Below, one piece after another: positions 55,096-64,000 of a stretch of DNA of 64,000 bases; position 1 is the first letter of the stretch; each line of letters begins with the position of its first letter. This stretch comes from Lama guanicoe (lineage: Eukaryota). The notes below the pieces were generated by a model. The model saw nothing but the letters and a program-made list of their open reading frames with translations, did no database searches and was not told where the DNA came from. Location: positions 384,598 through 448,597 of the forward strand of contig MU054166.1 of assembly GCA_013239625.1 (NCBI GenBank), written 5' to 3'. Both the position numbers and the translations under genes were made by a program.

Positions 55096-58000
55096 ATGGA
55101 AAGACAATGATCATTGTTTCCCATGTCATTTCTCATTACTGTTTTCGAAGGAAGTAATCGTGAGTCATAATAGAGTTATCCTAGATAAAGATGCAAATAT
55201 ATAAGTGATTCTAATAAATTAAACATAAAGATACTAATATAATTTGTGTTTTACCATGCCTTAAACTTTCTTCATGGTAACAGACAACTGATTTTGTAGG
55301 CATTAAAATTTCACTCTGTGAATTCATCTGAGATTAGGGAATGGATAAAAAATATAACCATGGCTGCTTTTCTTTGAGTGATAATATTCACTGTCTCAGA
55401 CCAAAGGTCTCATCTCCCCAACAGCATCAGTAAGTAAGGAACATGTTAGGTTGCTAAAAATCTCAGCATGATAAAACCTCAGAACTCCTACATTTCTTAA
55501 CTGTTTTGCAATTGGAATGCAAAAATGACAAAGATGTGATTTTGGAAAACAATATGGTGTTTTCCCATGGTTGCATTTGGGGATGTGAGGATAATCCCTG
55601 AGATCCACAGGAATTACCCTCGCTCAAGTGCTGGCAAAGAACTATAAAGTTTCTGCATTATTAGGACTGAGGACTGCTTTCAAAATAATGACTATGTTCA
55701 CTGTATTCCAGGTAGTCCAACGAAATAAAGGTTATTGCTATTTGTAGTTGAACGGGAATACATCAGCTGTTCAGTCTCTATAAATTAGTCAATTGGTGTT
55801 CAAAGCCAAAATATGTTGTGTCAACAATGAGAATTAAAAGAGAAATAAACTTGGACATAAGCTTAAATTAAAAAGGAGACACAATCCTGTGCTGGGCTCT
55901 GGGGATTGGAGACTGTATATGTCTCAGTCCAATTCAAGAGTTCAGTGGCTTGGCCCTAGCATCAGCTCGGGATTCAATGAAAAGGTAACAATTAGCATAC
56001 TGGGAGAAATATAATCTACCTCTCACTGATCAGAAGAAAATCTGGTGGCTCAATGAAACTCTTAATTCACAGAGATTCTGCCAGATGCAGAAGAAAAATT
56101 CACTGATGACTCAACTAAGACAAACTTTGTTACTGCTTAAAAATGCATCTTCACACACACACACACACAGTGGAAGACAGATTTGTTGTATTTAGTGGGA
56201 AGAATTCAGTAGGCAGAGCTCAGAGAATAGTTTTCAAAGCACCAGGTAACTTTTGTTCATTTGCCAATATTCTAGTTTTCCCAGGTAGAAAACTAGAGAT
56301 GGAGAAACAAACGATATAATTCTTTAGGATTTCTAATTTTGAAATTAAAGTGTAGCTTTTGACTTATCACTATAGAGTCTTGTTATGATGATTATGGTAA
56401 GACCCACTGTCTGATAAGGGAGCTGGAAACTAGCTGCTGAACCAGCCCTTCTGAACCCCAGACTGATAATGTAAGCTACAACATAGCCACCATCAGAGTT
56501 GAGCTGACAAACTTGAAAACTTGATGTTTCTGTTATAGGAACAATCACTGTTGTCCAGACATAGATCTCCTGCTGCAAGTGGGCTCTTTCCTTCTCTTGG
56601 TAAAAGTCATATTGGTGGGAAGTTGCTAGAGCTTACCCTGGCCCATTTGTCCATTCTCCAGATTATCAAAGGCTTTCTTCACAACTGGTGACACATTTTC
56701 TGGACTCAATTTTGCCTTTCCTGTCTTATCAGATGACACTGGCTGCATCATTGTGAGCAGAAGCCTTAGGCTCCCTGAACTTGCCTACAATTTTTCCAGA
56801 ATTTCAGCTCATTTCACATTTTGAAATTGCTTCACCATTTATTTTAAATTAATCGGAAATAGTCAAAGTCTTCCATGAATATTATATATTTCCTAATATC
56901 TGCAGAAATTTGGTATTCTTGCAGTTGGACAAATATTAAATTCTACCACCCTCACCTCTTTTTAGTCTACACAGTTCAGATTGCAATTTAGTTACTGAAT
57001 ACGACCACCCCAACCAAGGTTCTAGTACCTCTTAGATACTTCCTGTGTGAAGGTTAGCAAGGGCACAATATATGTGGGGTGTATAAACCTACACTAAATG
57101 TTTGCAATGGCACTGTCAATTCTGGATAAAGCTCTGATTCTAAGAAGTCAATTAATTAGAAATAAGTATAGTTATTGGTATGGGGAAGAGAATCAGCTAT
57201 TTTGGGGTGGGTGGGTGATGAAGAGACAGGAAAAAAATCCAGCAAATGAGAATGGAATGCTTTAGGTCTCTGGAGGCGTGAATTAAGAAGAAAATAATAC
57301 TTTGTCTCCTGTACCTACCTCCAATTACAGTCTTGAGTGACTAACCTTGGGCTACGAAAAGAGCTAGTTTGTGGTGAAGATTAAAGACCATAATGAAACT
57401 GTTTGTAAACCATGAAAGTTTTGTTGTTTCAGGAAAGTAGATTTTGTGTAAAGTCAACATGTATTTTTCATTAACTAAATACTAAAATGCATCCTGTGGT
57501 GTGAGCTGTGCTTACTGTGCTGGTATCCAAGTTAGACAAGGAAAGGGGGATAGACAGAAAATATCTGGAGGAGGTGATTTCTGTGCTGAGACTGGGGAAA
57601 TCTAAATAGGTAAAAGGAGGACATTCTAAGTCCAAGGATAAGCTGGAGCAATAGTTGTGAGTTTGGATTTAATATGGTTGATAAGCATTTGCCTGGATGT
57701 ATCTCCAGAAACAGTGAAACATAAAGATATGCCAAATTAGTCAGATGTCAGATCTATAATGAAATGGCTAAACTATGTTGAGTTTGTGGGCTTAGATTTG
57801 GAAAAGCATTAAGTACTACTCTGAAGGTGTAAGCTTGTGTTTGGCTGGAACATGAAAATAACTTAAAATATTCACTCTAAAAATATATTGCATACTCTTG
57901 AGTGGAGGAAAATAAAGCAACAATTGGAATGCTTAGAAAACAGCACAAGGAAGACCAGAGATAAAATTCCTTTTTAAATTTTACCACATGCTGAATATAC

Positions 58001-58359
58001 CATCTGAGGCTACATCATGTGACTTTTATGATACCAGAGATGACATAATAAAGACCATGATCCCTGGGCCGGTTCCTGCATTTTCATCCTGTTCCAACAT
58101 ATCCTAACTTAACACATTTAATACTTTACACTGTGAACCAGAAACCACTTAGTAATTTTCCCTCTCTCCATGTTTTAGACTTTTTCCAAATTCTTCCATT
58201 TTCTCTTCTTCCTCACAGAAATTATTTAAATTTACACCCATATTGTTCCATCAAATGATCATATCAAACAAATATCTCTTTTTTTCTTTAAATGGTTACT
58301 TAGTCTCCCTTTTAACTCTTATCTCTAAAAAAATAAGGATAATAAAGTACACTTCTATG

Positions 58360-58420
58360 TTTATTGTTCAAATAAGAAAGTTGCAGATATTTGTCAATAT
58401 TTGCAAACATCAATTTTATT
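58360..58420 (-). terminator. Candidate HSFY polyadenylation signals (AATAAA on minus strand at 58415-58420 and 58360-58365)
   Basis: TTTATT on the plus strand about 40 and 95 nt beyond the stop. The distal one is conserved in the paralog (19377-19382). Confidence 0.45.
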
Positions 58421-58458
58421 CTTTGTTATCATGCATAACCTGGTAGTCCTCTGGTAGT

Positions 58459-59151
58459 TCAGTTGTAATTAGGATGACGTTCATAAACTGAAGATGTCTG
58501 ATGAGTTGGCCTTGAAAGAGAAGTAGCTGATGTATCAGCTATCACTGGCACTGGAAACCGTTGGTTGCTCACAGGTTGAAGTTTACAAAAACGACCTTCA
58601 TTGGCAGATATGTTGTGATATCTAATTGGAAAATTAGAAGGCTCCACCATCAGTCCAAAATAATTGCTCTGTAAGGGGGACAAGTTGCTGTATTGAGAAG
58701 TAGAAGTTGTAGTTGTAATGAAGTTCACAACACGGCCATTTGCTTCAGTGTAGCTGCTTTGAGAGTGCCCGTGGACAGTGGTCAACTGATTTAAAATAGC
58801 TAGTTGTTCCACTGCAATATTTTCTGGTGGTCTAACTGACGTTGATGATGGAGGAGAAAAATCACCTCTGAGCGGGGTAATTTTATCACAAATTATGTGG
58901 CCAATAGAGGGCTTTCTTATTAGAGGCATGTTTAAATTTGCAGAAGGTAAAAATGCACTTTCTCCACTGGTGTCAGCCACAAAATCAGAATTATTTTTAG
59001 TAACATTACCCCCTCCTTTAAAGTGCTTCTTGTTGAAGTCTCGAGCCAAAGAAGACACCAGAGAGGCATTTTTAATCCCAACTCTTCTTTTTATTCTCAC
59101 TAAAAGCTTGGGAAAGCCTCGTTTAAAATTTGGATTATGGTAGAACTGCAG
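58459..59151 (-). CDS. HSFY: HSFY coding exon 2 (230 codons + stop)
   Basis: Acceptor ttggttgtag|CTG CAG TTC TAC CAT AAT CCA (LQFYHNP) is in frame with ORF 58459..59100 (RIKRRVGIKNAS...ERHPNYN*). Confidence 0.93.
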   Translation of the reverse strand: MQFYHNPNFKRGFPKLLVRIKRRVGIKNASLVSSLARDFNKKHFKGGGNVTKNNSDFVADTSGESAFLPSANLNMPLIRKPSIGHIICDKITPLRGDFSPPSSTSVRPPENIAVEQLAILNQLTTVHGHSQSSYTEANGRVVNFITTTTSTSQYSNLSPLQSNYFGLMVEPSNFPIRYHNISANEGRFCKLQPVSNQRFPVPVIADTSATSLSRPTHQTSSVYERHPNYN

Positions 59152-60158
59152 CTACAACCAAAGGAGAAAAATTTTAGTAATAATTTAAACCAAAATACAT
59201 AACTACAATAAGCCTTAACTTTAAAACCTCAGATTTCATGTTTAGTATGCAAAGATAATATCATCAAAATATGAACATTGCTGACGATATTTTGAAGTTC
59301 CTTATTTAGACGATATAGTTCCTTATTTGGAAAATACACATTTAAATAGTATAGTCATCAAATTAAAGAATTTAGTGTTTGCAGTAACGGTGAATGCCAC
59401 TTTTGAAAAGCAGCTTTCATACCTTTATTTAGATTTCTGATAAGATTCATAGTTGCTAGCAAACTTTCTCATAATCTTGAAGAGTTAAGTCACTGTCCTC
59501 ATTTTTAGAAAAAATAAAGAATTTTAGCATTTGTAGTTTTATACTATTTTCAAAATCAATCTTTACATTTATATAACCATAGATTGATGTACAGAATAAA
59601 ATTTTATACATAAGTTATCAAGTCGTAACTAAAATTTGTGTATACCTTGCTTAAAACAGAGGCTTCATTTTCTTCTGCCAGAAAGTCAACTAGACAAGCA
59701 GATCTTTGAAATTTCTGCCGCACTTTACTAAACCCATAAAGGTTAAGCTGTCTAACTAAACTTTTCATACTTCCAGTTTCAAATATTCTGAAAGGGGCCT
59801 TTCTTTCCAAAACTTCCTTCTTAAAGACATCTTCATCAATAACTATGGAAGTTCCATTATCATCCCACCAGATGGATTTAAATTGGTCACTCCCAGCCAT
59901 TTTCCAGAGTTTTCTTGGAAATGTCAGAGAACGAAAATCATTATCTTCATCTGGTTCCAAGACACAATGTGTGTAACATGGTCTTTTTATCAAGGATTTT
60001 TCAGACAAAGTCTGAAAAGCATTTTCTTCAATCATACACCTCAAGTCCAAGTCCCCAGAGAATGTTTGATCACACGATAGAGATCTACCAGGGTTTCCTG
60101 AATCAGTTGGTCCATCTTTAGGAGACACATCTTGAATTTCTGAAGAAATATGTGCCAT
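58459..60158 (-). CDS. HSFY: Heat shock transcription factor, Y-linked; intact two-exon gene, join(58459..59151,59646..60158), 401 aa
   Basis: The protein starts MAHISSEIQDVSPKDG and contains an HSF-type DNA-binding domain (LTFPRKLWKM...FKSIWWDDNGTSIVI...MKSLVRQLNLYGFSKV...LQFYHNPNFKRGFPKLLVRIKRR), followed by an HSFY-like Ser/Thr/Pro-rich C-terminus. Splicing 513 nt + 693 nt gives an uninterrupted frame ending in TGA. Confidence 0.95.
59152..59645 (-). other. HSFY intron (494 nt, GT-AG)
   Basis: Canonical donor and pyrimidine-rich acceptor. It interrupts the DNA-binding domain, and a homologous intron lies at 20168..20637 in the other copy. Confidence 0.9.
59646..60158 (-). CDS. HSFY: HSFY coding exon 1 (171 codons)
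   Basis: ORF track 59604..60158. HSFY similarity ends at ...SVLSK, followed by the donor AAG|GTATAC (GT at 59645-59644), phase 0. Confidence 0.93.
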
Positions 60159-60290
60159 CTCAAATAACTTTTCCTACAGCTACTTTTCTAATCTGCATGA
60201 TTTTGAGCACTGCAGCTTCAAATGCTGCTTAAGCAGGCCTGCACATTTAAACTGATAGGCCATCCACATGGTTCTCAACCTGAGTGGCTG

Positions 60291-60322
60291 TGACATCACA
60301 AAAAGACTGGTCTCTTAGCAAC
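60291..60322 (-). promoter_or_regulatory. Candidate HSFY proximal promoter: CRE-like TGACATCA (60291-60298) plus RFX X-box-like GTCTCTTAGCAAC (60310-60322)
   Basis: Both motifs lie about 130-165 nt upstream of the ATG. The X-box-like motif is conserved in the paralog. This is a motif match only. Confidence 0.4.
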
Positions 60323-61719
60323 CCAAGTGTAAAAATCAGCCAGTGTTTCCTTCTCATTAAACTCATTAATCAAAATGAAATATATAGGATATTTATTTTT
60401 ATACTGTGATGTGCAAATATTTTCCCGAGAATATCTTTTTAAACAATTTAACTTTGGGGTGTATGAGATAAAAACAATCTCATTCCTTTTGTACCCAAAT
60501 ATTTACAACATTGGTGAACAGAGTTTAAATATGCACAAAATAAGTAAAATAATTTTAAAGTATTGGAATTTAAAGTGAAATTCGTGTAAAATTTTTACAG
60601 AAAAATTATAACAATTTCAATATCATTTGTAATTAAAGTGAAACCAAATTTGATTTTTAAACGGAAGTAGTTATTTCTCTGTGTACTTTACAATAAGTAG
60701 CTCTGTATTCAAAACATCAGCAGAATAAATATCAGTTTTTTTGTTATGTTTATAAATAAATGTTAAATATTTATGAATTAAAATTAAATTAAAATAATCA
60801 ATCAAATGTAAGAAATTCCAAAGGGGGGAATTTTTGTATTAAAATTTATTTCAGTGCTATAAATAAAAAAAATGTAATTTAATATTCTACTTTACAATTA
60901 CACAAGAGAAAAATCTGATTGTACACTTACAAATGTTTATTTTTGCCATTCTTTCACTCAGAAGTTTTTAAGTCCCTAGAAGGAATAATTTTTCTTGTCA
61001 CCATTTAATCCATACTCTTGTGGCTTCTGTTAAGTGTTTCAAAATAATGTTGATAAATACAGTTATGCACAAGGTCCTGGGTTCTATAAGCAGTGACTCC
61101 ATTAAGGGGCAAACAAACAAACAATCAAAAAACAAAAAAATAACATTATATGTGGGTTAGTGTGGAAAAGACAAGGTAATGCATTTTAGGAAGCCATATG
61201 TTTTCCAGTCCTGAAACAGTTGGCATTGTTAGTATAATACGGCATTTTAAGGCAAGTGATTTTTCACTAATTGCAAATAGTAGCTATGCTCTGTATCAGT
61301 AAACTGTAGTAAATCCAGTTCTACCAAAACTTATATTATTTATTTAGAAATGAATTCCATTAAACATAAGCTAAATTCAAAATGAGAGATAAAATTTTAA
61401 ATAAATAAATGTACCCTCAAGCTGCAATGTAAATTTTTTCCTTCAGTATGTGTATATTCCATTCTAAATAAATATTATCAACCTGAATTCATTGCATATT
61501 ATAAGAATTATAAACTATAGTTAAGTATGATTTAGCCCTGATTCATAAATATTATTTAACATACACAAATCAATAAATGTGATACCATCCCTTAAAAAAC
61601 AGAGAATTCAAATGTAACAATCTCAAAAAATGTAGGAAAATTATTGACAGAACTGATCTTAACTTTTGTATACATAAAATTCTTAACAAATTCTCTCTAG
61701 ATAGAATATAACTAAATAT

Positions 61720-62800
61720 AAAATTAGCCATATATGAAAAACCCATGACTTTCATCAAGTTCAATATTAACATAAAGGAAAGTTTTCCTTTGGTACAGTA
61801 ATACGAAAAAGTAGCTCATCGTCACAAGTCCTAAATTACACTACAAGAAGCCCTAGCCAGAAAAACTAGTCAAGAAACATTAAAAAAGACATCCAACTTG
61901 TAAACAAGCAGTACAATTTTTACAGATGACATAATTACACATAGATGGAAAACTCCATAGACTCCTCCAGTGACTGTTAGAAATTGTCAACAAACTTAAT
62001 AAACTTGCATAATACAAAATCAATATACAAATATCTGTTGCATTTTTATATACTAACAACAAATTATCAGAAATAGTAATTAGGAAAACTATTGTGTGTA
62101 AACTTATACCAAAAATAATAAAATAGGAATAAAATAGATAAGTGAAATAAAAGATCTAAACATAGGTCTACAAATTAAAGATGTAAGAAATATAAGTAAA
62201 CCAAATAAATAAAAGATATTCTGTGCTCATAGATTGTATACAATGTGAGGAAATACTCTAATCTATCTTTCACATGTTCAATCTCCGCAGCACTACTTAT
62301 TGAGGAGAATGTCTTTTCTTCATTTTATACTCTTGCTTCCTTTTTCATGGGTTAATTGATCATAGGTGTGAGGGATTATATCTGGTTGCACTATTCTCTT
62401 CTATTGATTGGTGTCAGTTTTTGATCCAGGATCATGTTTTTTAAATTACTAAATCTTTAAAGACTCTTTAACATCTGATTATTTAACACTATTAGATTTA
62501 ATACTACTTTTCAATATTATTTTGGCAAGTCGTGATATTTATGGTTACATATAAATTTTGAAATTATTTGTTCTATTTAATGGAAAAATCTCATGGGTAT
62601 TTTGACATGAATCACACTAAATGTAGATTGCCTTATGTAGTATGTTTGTTTCAACCACATAGTTTCACATCATTAACATAAGAGATCTTCTCATTTCTTG
62701 GGAACAGATTTAATTACATTCATCAATGTTTTCTATTTTTTAATGTATAGGTATTCATCTTATTTGTTACCTTGATTTAGGTATTCTTTACATATGTAAA
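61720..62800. mobile_element. Plus- then minus-oriented LINE-1 ORF2 fragments (paralog of 22700..23790)
   Basis: tttacagatgacataatt; gttaattgatcataggtgtgaggg. Confidence 0.7.
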
Positions 62801-62829
62801 TAATTATATATATTACATTTGTAAACTGG

Positions 62830-64000
62830 TTCCCTACACAAATATAACAGGCAGAAGGCAGTGGCAAGATATATTCAAAGTCTTGAATGAAAGAAAGCTG
62901 TAATCTAAGATAATTTATCAAGCAAGTCTATTTTTTAGAATAGAAGGAGAGATAAATAACATCCATAAAAGTGAATACTTAAAGAATTTAGCAACAGAAA
63001 TGAAATAATGAAGATCTAGTCTAAAGAAATAAAACAGAAATCTATAGAAAGTAGAAAGACATAATTAGAAATGCAATAGCTGCCATGACATAAAATAGAA
63101 TATACATGATGTTGTAAAACAGGACATCATAATTTTTAAGGGTCAGTGAGTGAAACAGGACAATACAGAGTATTTTCTTCTTGTTTCTCTTCTCTGTAGG
63201 AGGGGTTAGAGTTTGTATTCCTATCAGTCAAAATAAACAGATATATTAACGGGTCAATACACATACAAAAGAGGGTAACCAGAAGTCAAAAGCTTACAAT
63301 GAATTAACAAAGCCAAAAAGAAATCAAGATAATAAAGAAAACTTATAAAATCACAAAAAGAAAAAGAAATGAACAAAAAGGAAATAGAAAATCAACTGGG
63401 AAATTAAGTTCAATATGGAAATAAACAACAATCTATCAATAATTATCAAAACAGTTAATAGACTAAGTGCTTCAATCAAAAATATTTATTGTCAGATGGG
63501 ATATTATAACAAGACCCTACATTATGAAGCATACAAGGGACCCACTTTAGTAAGAGGAAAACACATCAATTGAAAGTCAGAAGATGGAAAAATATATTCC
63601 ATGCAAATGGACATGACAAGAAAGCAGGACTATGAGTACTGACTTCACACAAAATAGACTTTACATGAAAGGCCATAGAGAAAGATAAACAAGGACATGA
63701 TATAATGATTAAAGGAGCAATACAAAATGAGGGTATTATACTCATTAAGATATATGCACTCAATATATGAGCACCTAAATATGTAAAGCAAATACTAATA
63801 GATTAAAAAGGGAGAAATCGGAGGTAACACAATCACAGTAGGAGACTCTAACTCCCCATTACCATGACTAGACAAGCTTTCAGACAGAATATATAATAGA
63901 ACAAAGATACTAAAATATACGATGAAATAACTGGAGTTGGTTGATATTTTCAAAACACTACTTCTCCACAAATCAGAATATACATTCTTTTCTAGTGCAC
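62830..64000 (+). mobile_element. LINE-1 ORF1 C-terminus and ORF2 endonuclease start (paralog of 23810 onward)
   Basis: gatggaaaaatatattccatgcaaatgg (GWKNIFHANG), agaatatacattcttttctagtgcac. Confidence 0.82.

Larger units (their letters stand above)
36993..64000. repeat. Tandem amplicon unit B (truncated by the window end)
   Basis: aaccacc.ctgtgtc.ctggcatgatc at 36993 matches position 1. The HSFY ATG offset is 39010 and the window end matches 24992. Confidence 0.9.

Noticed and set aside
1..64000. CRISPR arrays, rRNA/tRNA genes or prokaryotic-type systems
   Set aside because: None were seen. The sequence is mammalian, and its periodic repeats are simple microsatellites or duplications.

Overview
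Mammalian genomic DNA from a draft assembly (five N gaps). It is AT-rich and dominated by decayed LINE-1, and is very probably the ampliconic Y chromosome. The L1 3' UTR looks camelid-like from memory, so the species is not established. The window holds about 1.7 units of a direct tandem amplicon of roughly 37-39 kb: position 1 aligns with 36993 and 24992 with 64000, about 85-90% identical by eye. Each unit carries a two-exon, minus-strand HSFY gene (Y-linked heat-shock transcription factor). The copy at join(58459..59151,59646..60158) is intact (401 aa, GT-AG intron). The copy at 19476..21148 is a pseudogene with three 1-bp deletions and two nonsense codons. The rest is L1 fragments in both orientations, one near-full-length L1, a solo LTR with a 5-bp target-site duplication, microsatellites, three local near-identical duplications and a few kb of non-repeat DNA around HSFY. 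I see no evidence of a wholly new biological system. The most interesting signals are the amplicon history, a candidate X-box plus CRE promoter module, and an unexplained conserved ORF/exon-like segment downstream of HSFY.
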